DNA of 63,447 bases, filler included, from Octopus bimaculoides (GCF_001194135.2; 4 parts of 3 records of this genome joined end to end with filler, not necessarily neighbours in it), one strand, 5' to 3'. Positions 1-14,048 are shown, counted from the first letter of the whole stretch. The notes: generated by a model from the letters alone, not told the origin. A program made the numbers and translations.

Positions 1-420
1 CGTGGTCTTTTCCGTGGGCTTTTCCTTCCACGGCTAAACCTAAACTGTCCTCCCCTCTTTTTACACGAGAACATTACTGTGTGATACACGATCCCTATTG
101 ATCGGCCTTTCCTTTTCTTTTTTTTTCGATCCCTTTTGATCGAACTGCCCCTTTTTCCCTTCCTACGATCCCTTTTGATCGACACCACCAATTTTTTTTT
201 TTTTTTTTCCTTCCTTCCCCCTCCCAAAAAGAAAAGCTCTACATTGTATTTGTCCCATCTTCGTTGAGCCCTGTGTGGCTAATAAAAGAAATGTATCTGT
301 CTATCTATCTATCAATCTATCTATCTAGCCCTGTGTGGCCAACAAAGAAACATATCTATCTATCTATCTGTCTATCTATCAATCTATCTATCTACCTGTC
401 AATCTATCAATCTTTCTATC
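1..420 (+). mobile_element. 3' UTR/terminus of a non-LTR retroelement with AATAAA and (TCTA)n tail
   Basis: Pyrimidine-rich UTR-like sequence ends GCCCTGTGTGGCTAATAAAAGAAA (268-291), followed by TCTA repeats. The terminal unit recurs at 327-350. Clade is not determinable from this fragment. Confidence 0.45.
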
Positions 421-828
421 TATCTACTTATCTCTATAGTGTACTGTTCCGTGATAATATGATCAACAAAGAAAGTACTCCAACTGGTAAGAGATAAATA
501 TTCTTTAATTAACAATATATGATTTTATGCTCTACTATTAATTTCATGTGATGTTAGTATGCCACACACTATCTTTTAACGAGTCGTGTGTCCTAGCACT
601 ATCTTCATGCACTGCCCACAGGACATAAGAAACTGAAAATAGGATATGATGATAGAAAGTGAGAAAAGTGCAGGGAGTAGTAAATATAAATGTTGAAACG
701 TTGAACAACCGGAAAACGAAAAAGGAAACAGACAGAAGCAAATGTGAGGAATTGAGTTGGTTGTTTCCCCTTTGACCGTAAAATATAAGGTTGAAAATAA
801 TGTGGCCCACAGTGTGCAACACAACTGT

Positions 829-1500
829 TCAATCCGGTGAGGTCGACAATTTTGAATTCGTCAACAGGAACTCAGCCATATGCGTACAACTGCTGAAAAT
901 TTCGGATCTAGCATTCAGCAGTGTTTTAGAGTGTTCTGTGATCACATAACATATATTTTTGTATCCGTTAACCTATAGCGTGAATGTGTCAACTACTCTC
1001 CACTTTATCGTGTGTGGAGTGGCCTTCGATTTCAAATCCCGTACGTGACTAGCCAACTTCGTAGCTTTACTTTTGTCCCTGTGTCTAAAGCAAGATATGT
1101 GATTAGCATAGCGAATTTTGAATACGCCGTCACATAGTTCAATATAGCTCTTATCGCTTGTGGTATTAACTAGCGTTACTGTAAGTTCTGCCTCATATTT
1201 GAATGGTTTAATCATACATCCCAGGTCAAGTGGACATGTACCTGGGTCTCCAGATTTACAACTGCGAGGGGAATCTTGGTGTTGTTCTGGTGTAATATTG
1301 CTTTTTTTTTTATATTGGGGCAGCAGCTATGATAATTTCAATAAGCGCCTGGTAAATATTTTCCTGTACCAGTGATTTCCTGGAAAATGTTCGTCTCTCA
1401 GAGAGAGGCATCTTTTTAACTGTTTTAATTTTTAAATGAATGGATAGGAGTGGGGGTTAACAATATATTTGCGTCTTACACATGTTCTTGATCTTTAGTC
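829..1500 (-). mobile_element. Penelope-like element relic: linker plus GIY-YIG endonuclease, frameshifted
   Basis: Minus-strand peptides across frames: RRKYIVNP..DEHFPGNHWYRKIFTRR, SCKSGDPGTCPLDLGC, SYIELCDGVFKIRYANHISCFRH..ATKLASHVRDLK..IKWRVVD, and LLNARSEIFSSCTH..FLL*. These match the C-terminus of Penelope ORFs (YIG..FK.RY.NH..SF; LLN.RSE..S.CRH). Confidence 0.85.
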
Positions 1501-2461
1501 ACCATGCTTTCATCGTTATTTTTAAACCACCAAGTAAGCCATGATCAAAGATACAAATCTTTGAAGGTTATTTTTCTTTCATAATATGCTTGGACATGAA
1601 TTTATGAAGACTTGGTCGCTATTTTGCACAATTTTACGGTTCTCTTATTGATACAGTAGGCTCAGTAGAATTTGAACTCACAGTGTGGATTTCACTAAAT
1701 AAATACTGTATCATCTTCAATGGATCTTTTTCTGCCATTCACTGCCCTGCCAACATTTTCCTGTTTAATTAGTGGGGGAGATTATCTCCAATGACACTTC
1801 ACAGTTCTTTTTTCCAAAAACTCTGCACAAAGGTCCGCTCGTTTTCTGGTTATGGCTTTTGTGGTTGTCGTAGTGGTTGTGTAGTGTTCTGGTGTTGTTT
1901 ATTCCCATGTCAGTTTTTAGGCAGCATACAGATTATGATCAAAGCTCTTCACCTATGACCATATCGTCATTTGTCCAATTTAATGGAACCCCAGACAATA
2001 TTATCTAATTGATTCTTCTGTAAGACGACTCGATTATGATTTAGGAGTAATTTGTTTGATATTTCTAGCAAAACTAAAGGGCACATCGATGCTCACACGT
2101 CCATTTCGTGTGGGATATATGAAAACACTGCGTTCATGCCTTTACCAAGAAAATATTAAGCTGAAGCGAAAAGGAATTGCTTCGAAGTGGGACTGAAACC
2201 TCGTCACATATTCCGTCTCGTATTTCTGTTCTCGATGATTTACTTTCTGTCCCAACGCAACTCACCCTTATCTACCAAAGAAATATTAATAACCAACGAG
2301 ATCTAAAATTTAAAAGTATTTCTCTAAATATTAACCACGTTCAACACCAGCCACCCCAATCTACCCCCGTTGCTTCCGCTTTTATTTCGTGTTTGTAGCT
2401 GGAAAATCTTGCGCTGATAACCTGCGGATGGTTCGGGCTTCCAATGGATCAATGACTGCTG

Positions 2462-2467
2462 GAAGAA

Positions 2468-2528
<61 letters not shown>
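2462..2528 (+). repeat. (GAA)n microsatellite
   Basis: Direct reading; one GAG interruption. Confidence 0.95.
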
Positions 2529-2529
<1 letters not shown>

Positions 2530-3342
2530 GGAGAGGTTGTGAGAGGGGAAATAAAGATGTTAGTTATAAGGGTTTTTCGATGGAGATGAATGAGAAAACG
2601 AAATAAAAAGTATTGATGATGATGATGATGATGATGGGATAAGATTAGAGAAACGTAGTGGAAGGAAAGAATTAGAAAGACATGTAACTAACGAGAAAAT
2701 AGTGATGGGTTGTGACTTTTAATAAGGTGGTAGCTACTGTAGTGGAGGTGGTGGGTGAAGCTACGCCTGAAGGTTTACTATCTGAAGAATATTCGAGCGA
2801 TGAAGTGATGGATGTAAGGACAAGAAGAAAAAGAAGCGCTTATTGTTGAAGAGAAGGAAGAAAAGACAGCAGGATTCAGAGAAAGGGTGAGAGAGAGAGA
2901 GAGAGAGCGAGAGAGAGAAAGGGAGAGGGAAAAAGTGAGGGCGGGAGGATGATTGAAAATATAGAGAGTGTATGATTTGATTTTAAACAATGGGAGTGTC
3001 AGTTTGGAGCTTACTTTGCATAACGAGGTCTATTACTGGTATTAACATATCGTTGTTATATAAGCGACTGAAAACTCCATGTAGAGTTTGGTAAACTATT
3101 TTCTAAGAAGATGGAAAATAAATGTGCAAATATCGGCATACATATGAGTATGGGAAAAAATCTACACTTTAAAATACCGTGAATCCAGATATGACCCACA
3201 CAACGACAAATATTGACCAAGTGTCTTCTAGCATCCAGATAGACAATAATTTGCGAATGGTATAGAATAGATTGAAACATTACATAAACATGTTGTGTGT
3301 GTGTTTATAGATCTGTGTGCATGTAGATGTGTGGTTATAGAA

Positions 3343-3494
3343 GAGTACAGCAGGGTTCGCCACCACCTCCTGCTGGAGCCCCGTGGAGCTTTAGGTGTTT
3401 TCGCTCAATAAACTCTAACAACGTCTGGGAATCGAAACTGTGATCCTATGACCGAGAGTCCACTGCCTTCACCACTGGGCCATTGAGCCTCCAC
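3343..3494 (-). mobile_element. tRNA-derived SINE family 2, 5' part
   Basis: Reverse complement GTGGAGGCTCAATGGCCCAGTGGTGAAGG...AGTTTCGATTCCCAGAC aligns with the full copy at 27746; A and B boxes are present. Confidence 0.85.
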
Positions 3495-3527
3495 ACACAC
3501 ACACATACACACACACACACACAGACA

Positions 3528-3579
<52 letters not shown>

Positions 3580-3707
3580 NNNNNNNNNNNNNNNNNNNNN
3601 NNNNNNNNNNNNNNNNNNNNNNNNNNNNNNNNNNNNNNNNNNNNNNNNNNNNNNNNNNNNNNNNNNNNNNNNNNNNNNNNNNNNNNNATATATATATATA
3701 TATACAT

Positions 3708-3768
3708 ATTCTTTTATTCTTTTATTTGTTTCAGTGGTGTGGCTGCAGTCATGCTGGAGCACCACAGT
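3708..3768 (-). mobile_element. SINE family 1, 3' terminal fragment
   Basis: TTCTTTTATTCTTTTATTTGTTTCAGT..GCAGTCATGCTGGAGCACC matches the ends of the copies at 37689 and 45445. Confidence 0.75.
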
Positions 3769-5264
3769 GATTTTGCAATTTTACATATCATTCTTCTTCT
3801 ATGGCTGGTTTCTTCCTGCTGGCGGTATTTCATGTCAGCAGTCCTGTATCTTCTCTTTCATGGCTGTTGGGCCATTTGTTGTACGAGGGATTTCCAGGCT
3901 GCGCTTCTCACTCTTCTACTTCATTCCGCTCCATTGCTTCTTTTTGTGGTATTATGTAGGCTTCTTAATTTTTTTTGGCAGAGTATTTAAAAGCTGTGGG
4001 CCTTTGTAACCTAAAGTAATGCAGTACCTGTCCCTGGGGGTGGACAGTACTGTTGATACAATAAAATGCGTCCAATTCTGGTATTTGTATAACACAGGAT
4101 GCCGAAAGTAGGTACATTATTACATATATATCGAAGCTTTTTTTCCAGCCTCTTCTTGCAGCTCCTCTGCTGCACTATTGCAATGATTTTAATGCATTGG
4201 CATGCATTGCCTCTAGCTCCTCCGTTTGTTTAGCGTTTTGTGGAGAGCACAGATGAGTGCAATGGCCCCGGTGTTTGAGAACATATCCACTGAATATTCA
4301 TTCATATAGATGCATATGGTTATGTATACGTGCATCTGTATATGTATATACATATACAGTCACTCGCTCTCACACACAAATATATGTATGCGTATATATG
4401 TGAGTAGGTATATGGATTTCTCAACGATTAGAACTCATAAGTTTGGGAATATAGTCAGTTTCAAATACTGAGTAGAGTTTGTAGATTTTGATAAATGCCA
4501 AATATTGCTGAATTGTTATTTTAAGTTCCAAGCTGCCTTTTACTGACGCTATTGACAAAAAGAAATAATTAGCAACGCGTATCTCAGAGAAATGATTCAA
4601 CGGAAAATCCGTAAATTTTACTTCCGTCAGAGAGTATAAATAAAATAAGCTACCAGTGGAGTTTATGATATAGCCTTTATTCCATAGTTTACAATTCTTT
4701 CAACAACTCAAGGTCAGCTACAACACATCATGGACAGAGTCATCGATGATAATATGAAATACTTAGTCATGCATATCATGTAATGAATATTAAGTGACAG
4801 AACAGGATGTTATTTCTTCAGAATCGATTCATTATTCAATCGACATCGATGAAAAAAACTAACGGTGCTTTTATGTATGCACGACGTAATCATCATTCTT
4901 CTCAATGTCTATAGATGTATGAGTGGTCACCTCTACCTGTCGAAACAATCGTATGCCACAGACGATATACATTACCACCACTCTTCACTTATTACTTGTG
5001 TCTGTACGTGCGTGTATATGCAAAGAAAAGCTACACACAGTGAGAGAGAGAGAGAGAGAGAGTGACAATCATAGAGAAAGAAAAGACAGAGGAGACGGAG
5101 AAGGCAACAGCACAGGGTGGGCATGGGAGGATTTATGCAAAAAGGAAATTTATCTTATGTAATTATATATGAAAGTAAAAAGTATTTTTCATTTGAAAAA
5201 TTATATTAATTTTATAATTTGGGATGAGCACAAGGAACAGTGCTGAAAGTTTCAGTATAATATA

Positions 5265-5297
<33 letters not shown>

Positions 5298-5581
5298 NNN
5301 NNNNNNNNNNNNNNNNNNNNNNNNNNNNNNNNNNNNNNNNNNNNNNNNNNNNNNNNNNNNNNNNNNNNNNNNNNNNNNNNNNNNNNNNNNNNNNNNNNNN
5401 NNNNNNNNNNNNNNNNNNNNNNNNNNNNNNNNNNNNNNNNNNNNNNNNNNNNNNNNNNNNNNNNNNNNNNNNNNNNNNNNNNNNNNNNNNNNNNNNNNNN
5501 NNNNNNNNNNNNNNNNNNNNNNNNNNNNNNNATGATGTGTATATATATATATGTAAGTGTGTGTGTGTGTGTGTATGTGTG

Positions 5582-5616
<35 letters not shown>

Positions 5617-5896
5617 GTGTCTGAAATTAAAGAAGGAAAATGCACACACCTTACATAGTTTTAATATAACTTTTAATATATCTTGTATTGTGTTTGTCGA
5701 CCGGTTTCGTTATCGCTATTCATGACATGAAAATATATTTAAATACGTATTTTCCTGAGACGAATACTTTTCCATGTTTTATGTGAAGTTTACGAACGAA
5801 TGATTCAACAAGTAGAAGAATTTAAGGGGAAATCATCAATTTTATTATGGGCAAGGGAGATAATTGTTCAGCATTTGGTATGGGAGTGGAAATGTG

Positions 5897-6790
5897 TGAG
5901 GTCATCCCATAAGATCTGTCCCATTTTACCTTTTTTTAAAATTGAATGAAATTTAAAAGTAATTTAGAATGCCAAATGGAATTAAAAATTCTTTTTATGC
6001 ATTTGTGTACATTTAAACTAATTAGATATTATTTTACAGAATAATAAAATTAAAACTTCTTTGATTAAAACCCTTTCTAACATGGAAGTATCCAAAGAGC
6101 ATTTGAAGCGCATGATGCTTTATGAGTACAAAAAAGGAAACTCTGCAAGCGAAGCGACTCGAAACATACACTTAGTTTATGGGAAAGAATGCTTGAATGA
6201 AAGAACTTGCAGAAGATGGTTTGCAAAATTCAGAAGGGGAGATTTCAGCCTTGAAGATGAAGATCAAACAGGATGTCCACTTCAGTTTGATGATAAGCTC
6301 CTTGAGGTATTACTTGAAGAAAATCTGCATTATCAGTTGAAGAATTGGCAATAAAGCTTAGTTCAAACCATACAACTGTTCACAATTTGGAAAGTTTCCT
6401 AAACTTGGAAAATGAGTGCCTCGTGTATTGTTCGAAAGCAACCGCAAATCGTGAGTTGACAGCTGCTCTTCTATCCATTCTCGCGAACTCATTTCACCCT
6501 TTTTGGATAGACTTATGTCTGATAGCGAAAAATGGATCTTCTACCGAAATGTTAAACATCGTAAACAGTGGCTTGGTAAAACAGAAAAATCTCAACTACA
6601 ACTGAGATGGGAACCTCATGAAAAAAGGTTCTTCTCTTTATTTGGTGGGATTGCAAATTCACTTTGAATTGTTACCACTTAATGCAACAATCAATGCTTA
6701 AGTCTACTGTCAGGAATTAGAGCGTTTGAACAAAGCTTTGGCGAAAAAGAAATCCCTGTTTAATGAATCGAAAAGGAGTGATGTTTCATA
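5897..6790 (+). mobile_element. mariner DNA transposon, 5' TIR plus degraded transposase, truncated at a (TA)n/N gap
   Basis: TIR-like TGAGGTCATCCCATAAGATCTGTCC at 5897. From 6083: MEVSKEHLKRMMLYEYKKGNSASEATRNIHLVYG..ERTCRRWFAKFRRGDFSLEDE, then a decayed WVPHEL (*VPRVL) and DSEKWIFYRN (first catalytic D region). Confidence 0.92.
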
Positions 6791-7048
6791 TATATATATA
6801 TATATATANNNNNNNNNNNNNNNNNNNNNNNNNNNNNNNNNNNNNNNNNNNNNNNNNNNNNNNNNNNNNNNNNNNNNNNNNNNNNNNNNNNNNNNNNNNN
6901 NNNNNNNNNNNNNNNNNNNNNNNNNNNNNNNNNNNNNNNNNNNNNNNNNNNNNNNNNNNNNNNNNNNNNNNNNNNNNNNNNNNNNNNNNNNNNNNNNNNN
7001 NNNNNNNNNNNNNNNNNNNNNNNNNNNNNNNNNNNNNNNNNNNNNNNN

Positions 7049-7093
<45 letters not shown>

Positions 7094-7094
7094 C

Positions 7095-7365
7095 ACCAAT
7101 CTTTGCTCAGATCGTGTATGCGTGCACTGGCGAAACCATTACATATTCTCTTCCAGAGCATTCTTGCAAATGGCAGGTTGCGAAGCAAACTGAAGGAGGG
7201 AATAATATACCCAATCCATAATGGAGGAAGCAGAGCAGATGCCAAAAACTACAGGCCTATCTCTCTGACTTTATACATCAGCAAAGTCATGGAACGGATA
7301 CTCAAAGGGAAACTAATCGCATTCCCTGAAGAAAACGATTACTGAAGGATAACCAGCATATTTTA
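7095..7365 (+). mobile_element. LINE reverse transcriptase fragment (CR1/L2/Jockey group)
   Basis: LAKPLHILFQSILANGRL..KEGIIYPIHNGGSRADAKNYRPISLTLYISKVMERI, which is RT subdomains 0-1 with the NYRPISL motif. Confidence 0.88.
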
Positions 7366-8049
7366 ACCACACAGCTGTCTACATCTTTGCATTCTCCATT
7401 TTCTGTGATATAAACCCACTCAAGTCAGCAATAAAATTTGAAACATCAATATATTGCTCTCAACGTTAAGTAATTTAGTGTATTATTTAAAATAAACTCA
7501 GCACGAAAAGTCGAATATTTAGTTCTAATAAGAAAAAAATTTAACTTGCACGAGATTAGAATCAAAGTCTGCGATGTATTGTTCCAGAATCTCTGATGAA
7601 AACATGAACAGTCATGCGATATTCTGGCTTATGATATTCAGGCGTTAAAGCTTTCTGTCAGTCGATTTCGTTTTCTGTCAGTTTATTTTATTTTCTTTCT
7701 TTGCAATTCCTTATGCTATAGAGGCCTCAAGCCTTTTGCTTTTGCAGGGAGAGCGCAATCGTATAAAATAAATGTATTTCTGATTCTTCATTCCTTCGTT
7801 TCGAGAATTATGGAAGAAAAAAGTAACTTTGGTAGAACTCAACATTACAGACACTTTATTGCATCTTCACGAGAAGGTTGAACGGAAAAGACAACTTTGG
7901 CGGAATCGAAATGAGAAACAGAAGGGAACAAATAAACACGGGAGGCATTTTAACCGGAAATCTAATGCTTTTTTTTCTCTTTCGAATGTAACCGAACCTT
8001 GATGTACAGACATGAAAATACTGACTTCTATATTTTTAACAAAAAATTA

Positions 8050-8440
8050 TGGTCTGGTCATGAATGTTAGGTAATGGCCAATGAGCGCAAATGCAAATGG
8101 GAGCAGCCGAAATGAGGTTCCTTCGAATTAAGTTACTCGACAAGTTTCGTTGCTCCTGGATCAGGGGATCTCTCCAGGTTGAGCGGCTACTTCGAAACAT
8201 TGGGTCACAGCTCTGGTACTTAGGACATTCGATTAGAAGGTCACAAGAAATAATAGTAAGGCAGATCCTTGAGTCGGAGCCAACCGTCAGTCGTTGAAGG
8301 AGTAGATCAAGCCCGAGCTAGTTGGATGACATCCAACCACCTCGGCCTCGTTTGGTCATGCTGGGGAATCCAACTGGAAAGTGTAGGGACAGTTGATTCT
8401 CATAGGACCCTATCGAGGAAATGTCTTAGAGCTTTACTTC
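8050..8440 (+). mobile_element. RTE-clade LINE 3' fragment
   Basis: QMGAAEMRFLRIKLLDKFRCSWIRGSLQVERLLRNIGSQLWYLGHSIRRSQEIIVRQILESEP matches the RTE C-terminal AAEM.FLR / QL.W.GHV.R motifs. It is related to the copy at 53982. Confidence 0.8.
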
Positions 8441-10738
8441 CATGACACTCCCAGTGGACAGAGAAAACGGTTAGAATGGAAAGTTTGAGCAAAGACACAG
8501 ATCTCGTGGGAATGTAGAACTGACGGAAATGGAAAAAGTACGTTTTCTATATATTCTGTAAGAATAAAAACAGAGTTGATCAAGACGGAATTGGAACCCA
8601 GAACATTGCAAAATGCTACTAGGCTGTCCAACCAACGTTCTAACGATTCTGTCAATCCACCAACGCGTAATAATGTCGAAAACGATAATATTAAAAGCAA
8701 AAATTCTGCGGCTAAAAGAAGGTTGGTGGAGGTGTTATACAAATATAAAATAAAATAAAAACACATTACCGAGAAAAGAAAAAAACAAATAAAAGCAGAA
8801 CCAGTAAAAAAGGAAGAGGAAGAGCAAGAACGAAATTAAGACGAAACGACTGAATGGAAAAGGAAGAGGAAAAAAGATATAGAAGAAAAAAAGTATTAAG
8901 ATAAAACGAAAGGAATTACACAGGACGCATGGGTAAAAGAAGAAGGTTAAAAATTCCGTTACTAACGAGGAAGATAAAAATGTAAGAGAAAGAATGAGAC
9001 GGAGTATGAGCGATTGAGAGAATAGGGAGGAGGGGAAAAACGAAGCGATTAGAAAGGGGCTAGGAGAAACTACTAATAATACTAATAATAATAACTAAAG
9101 GATGAGAGAAAAGAAAAAAAACGCAAATAAACAAAAACGATTACAAAGATTTTTATTTTATTTTTTCTTTAGCCATAAAATCTTGATTTTCAGTGGTTGT
9201 TAGTTTTTTTTTTTATAACATTACAGAATCAAAGTTTATGGATGTTAATGGAGGCCACCTGGGATAAGATTGCTGTTTTGTCTTAAAAGAATCATCTCTT
9301 TTTTCCAACCATTCTTCATCCTTTATAGTCCTTGTTATATGGCATAATGGCTGTTGGTTCAAGACGTCATGAGTTGCGTTTTGTATTTTCGTTTTTATCT
9401 TTTTTTTCATAATCCTACAGCAATATTGTGAAACAGTCAACGGTTTCGAAAAGGATTAATGATTTATAAACAACTAAAGAATGACGCATAAAATAAAACC
9501 TGTTATCGGGTATTTACTGAAAGATTAAGCGTATACAATATTTGCTTAACAAATATTTATTTTATATCATCACACGTCGTCGTTTCCTGCAGTTTTATCT
9601 CACAATGTTAATAAACGAATCACCACCACCACCAACAACAACAACAATAAAACCCCTTTAAAGTATAAGTATTGTTTAGATTTATTTAGTTGTTAATTTT
9701 TCTTTTAAATAAAATTGGTTTCAATCCTGGATCTAAATTAGTTGTAATAGAAATTAATAAAACTGGTCATTCCTTGACGATAATCGTACGTTTATCGATT
9801 CTTTATTTTAGAATCAAGCTGTTGTATAATGGCCTGAAACTAATTTTCAATATCCTTCGTATTGAGAAGATCATAATGGCTCAATCAACTAGAAAATGTC
9901 CAAATTTTCTAACATCTCCTGCTCTGTCTATACCACTTCAATCCCCTTAACTGGCTCAAATATTCATTTAATATAATTTTAATATTTTTTAAAAAATATT
10001 TTCTTTTAATTTTTCAGTTCCGTAGCGTACCAAACATCTGTCTATCATTTTCTCTAACGATCCTATATCCTGATGCATTATTGAGGCTTAAATAACCTAG
10101 TTTGGTCTTTATATAAGAGTAATTCAACCGAACGACATTCAGTTTCATGACTACAATATATTAACGAGACATATTAATTTAAGTGTTACTATTACAATAC
10201 TATGCAGAATCCATTATAAAATGTTCCGTGTTTCTTTAACGAAGTAACCATTATAGAACGTTATATTCTGCTATATTTCACGACCCAATAAACATATGAT
10301 ACTTCAGTAGTTTTTATTTTTTGAACTGATTTTTCTGATTCGGTTTACCACTGATCTACCCGATCAGTTGTTTATCTTTATGGGGCCTGGCTTCTCTGTC
10401 GGTCAAAATGCTGCCAACATTTTTACAATGATATACTATAATCCACAAAAAAAATGTTTTATAAAGTAGACGTGATGGTCACAGTTGGAATCCTATTGGT
10501 CAGAGGTCTCCTCCATCAGACAGTACAAGAATTATATAGAAAAGAAATTGGAATAACAAACTTCCTTTAGTTTTTTTTTTGTGGGGGGAGGGGGAGGGTG
10601 GCGCTAACGACGAATATATCATATAAAGTGAGAGAACAGAGTTCATGTATCTATTTGGTTTGCGATAAAGAATGGACTCAATTAAAGACACAAAAATAAA
10701 TATATTCACCACAAAGCGGAAACGCTCCATCAGACGCA

Positions 10739-10795
10739 GCTTCCACAAATTTTCGCTTCCACAAATTTTCGCTTCCACACATTTTCGCTTCCACA
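10739..10795 (+). repeat. 16-bp minisatellite, about 3.5 copies
   Basis: GCTTCCACAAATTTTC x2, GCTTCCACACATTTTC, then GCTTCCACA. Confidence 0.9.
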
Positions 10796-13389
10796 TTGGT
10801 TGACCGACGTTCTGACAGTGAACATTACAATACCCTGTCGTGCAATAAAACGTGAATCACTTAACTGCAGAGCCATATTTTCATCACAATGTCTTACCCT
10901 ACGTCATCACCATGGATTCTTAATATCGTCACGTGGCTCTCCTACTTTCCTCTAAAGTATTAATAATAAATACAAAGGGAAATAGCTTCACAACGAAGAA
11001 AACCAAATTTCGAAAATGTGAAGCCAGGATCTTGTTGAATTTTCAGTAATGCTGCCTAATATTGGATACCAGAACTATCATGAGAGTCCGATCCAAGGAG
11101 GAAGGGTTTAAAAAGTAGTAATCTCGGCTAGAAATAGCAACCAAATCGTCCTAAGATCAAACTCTACCCTGTTGAAAAATGGAAGGACACATGATTATTT
11201 AGTTTTAGATACTACTGAAAACGGGACGGTCACAAACAGAATGATTTGAACATAGATTTATTGAGTCAGAGTTGACCAGTGGTTAAATAATAACAGCAAC
11301 ATCCTGGTCCAAAGGCTTAGGCTTTAAGTAAAATATAATAGCTTTAGGGTATTCATGTTTTGGAATCAAATATTAGAAGTTCGATTCGTGAGCAAATTCA
11401 GCATAACCATTTTTTTTACATGAACTACATTAGCTAACTTGACATACTAGAAATTACAGCTAAATTTACCTTTTGTGATACATTTCTGTCTTAAACGTGG
11501 AAGGGAATTTAAATATTATATCCCTTCATATCATTTTAACAGCCGATATTCCTGCTGAAATTGTTGTGTGTCGCATGTCGCCATGATCATAGTAGACATA
11601 CTACAACATAAAAACAAAAAAGAGCAAAATCGACAATTAGAAATGGTAAAAATTGAGATTTCTACTTCCTTCCAATGGTTATACAGACATTAAGGTATAC
11701 TTAAATGATCAGAGAATCAAAACACTATTGTAATTTCAAATGTTCAAAACAATATCTCATGAGTCCTGAACTTGGCTTCAAGTATTTATTTCTAAGTGAA
11801 GTTCAGTAAAATGAATGGTTAATGTATCGACTTGACTTGAAGACGCAGTCACTAAACATATCCAAAAAAGAAAAAAAAAGAAAAAAAACTGAATATTTGG
11901 TTCTCTCCGGTTTTAGACAATAAGCAACTAAAACCAAAACAATCACGTTAACATTATAGACGCAAACCACATCATTGCATGTATGGCAATCTTCAGAGCA
12001 AGGCAATCCTTCATCTCCTAATAGAGGTTGACTCTGTAAAAAGTTCGAGTGGGACCCATAATATAATATTAGTCCTACACCTGGGATGGCACAGCCTCTA
12101 CACATACAAGCCTCTTCAACTGCATCCTCCCCGCAAAAAAAAAAAAAAGAAAACTCAGTTAAGTGAATGATACCGATCCCTCAGAGCCTCCGCTTCCTCA
12201 CTCTTCAATTTGAGTTTTTATATGGCTTTTGTCCTACGCCATTTCGTTGCATAATCGTTTAAGCCTAACCACATTCAGCACGTTTGTTATGACCATGCTG
12301 CGTCACTTCGACCATCCAAGCACCATCTTTCAAATCCAAAGGCGTCAAACTCCTTGTCTATTGCAGATCTAATTCAAAGATAAACCTGATACCGTGGGAT
12401 GGACAAGGAGTAGTAGTCCTAAAACCACTATTTCTAATGCATGCCGAACTAAAAGAATAAACGGATCATTATAACATTTCTTTGTGGACAAAGGTTTCAC
12501 CAACTAGAACTGGTAATAATTATGTTTCAAGCTCCTAATCTCAACGTATTCTAGTGATATGCATTTAGAGAACATTTAAAATTAGAAAAATATTTAATAA
12601 TTGCATTCAGTAAAACTAATGAAAGACTGGAATAAACATGGGCGCCGTTGGAAACCTTCTTGTGTAGAAGAATTAGATTCTTATCTCTCTGCATACGAAT
12701 GTCAATCTCTTAGGATTCTCTCTAGTTTTCCACTCATATATTTTCAGTGCATTCGTTCGTATGGAACAAAGAAGTCTTTGAGGACCTACAATGATCACTG
12801 AAACTATTATTTCCAATTGGGTTTCCGTAAAACAAAAAAATTGAATTCGATGAAGAAGGGAATCGAACTCTTGATGTGACGATGACTTGCAAAGAGCCAA
12901 GACAATATTACATCGATCAGCTCCAAGATACATCGGTTGTTATGAAATACAACTCAGAGATAATTAATGATATCTTGCATCATCATCATCATCATCATCA
13001 TCTTCATCAACACTACCACCACCATCATCATCATCCACGTCAGCACTGCTGGCATTCTCGCCCCCGACGTGGTTACCAATCATCGAACGAATANNNNNNN
13101 NNNNNNNNNNNNNNNNNNNNNNNNNNNNNNNNNNNNNNNNNNNNNNNNNNNNNNNNNNNNNNNNNNNNNNNNNNNNNNNNNNNNNNNNNNNNNNNNNNNN
13201 NNNNNNNNNNNNNNNNNNNNNNNNNNNNNNNNNNNNNNNNNNNNNNNNNNNNNNNNNNNNNNNNNNNNNNNNNNNNNNNNNNNNNNNNNNNNNNNNNNNN
13301 NNNNNNNNNNNNNNNNNNNNNNNNNNNNNNNNNNNNNNNNNNNNNNNNNNNNNNNNNNNNNNNNNNNNNNNNNNNNNNNNNNNNNNNNN

Positions 13390-13432
<43 letters not shown>

Positions 13433-13911
13433 TTTATATACATTTGCACCCACAGATACACACATATTGACACATAGCCATACATAGTTGTGTCTCTATA
13501 CGTGTAAAAGATAAAAATATTCATTTAAATAATTGACGTATATAAACGTATAGACATGTACATATGAATGTACGTGCGTGTGTTTTTATATACGTAGGTA
13601 GGTGTGGGAGGTGGGAATAATAGACGATGGTAAATTGTAGCAGAGTCTTTAGCTGGCTTGACTCTATAATTTCCAGACATAATGGAACCGAAAAATACAA
13701 CGACCTCCGGTGGGTTTTAGCTGTGCCAAAATCTAAACAAATTCGATTGAAATTATAATAAATTAACAGCTAAATTGATGAAACATTGTTTTGTTTGTTA
13801 ATTAAAGTTAATTAGAACATGTTTCGCGCGACGATATCAATATTCTTCCCATATACAAGCATGTGTGTGTTTGCGAGTGTGCTTGTATGCATATGTGTGT
13901 GAGTTTGTGTG

Positions 13912-13951
<40 letters not shown>

Positions 13952-14017
13952 TGTGCGTGTGTGTGTGTGTGTATAAGTATATATATACATATATGTATAT
14001 GTATATGTGTATATATG

Positions 14018-14048
<31 letters not shown>

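Noticed and set aside
7584-7627. CUGAUGA followed by a CAUGA/UCAUG hairpin, inside CCAGAAT/ATTCTGG complementarity
   Set aside because: GAAA is replaced by GAUA and no stem III/UH arrangement fits. At best it is a decayed hammerhead, so it is not counted.
12876-13093. His-rich ORF (HHHHHH..)
   Set aside because: It derives from (CAT)n/(CAC)n microsatellite next to a gap; there are no splice or domain features.
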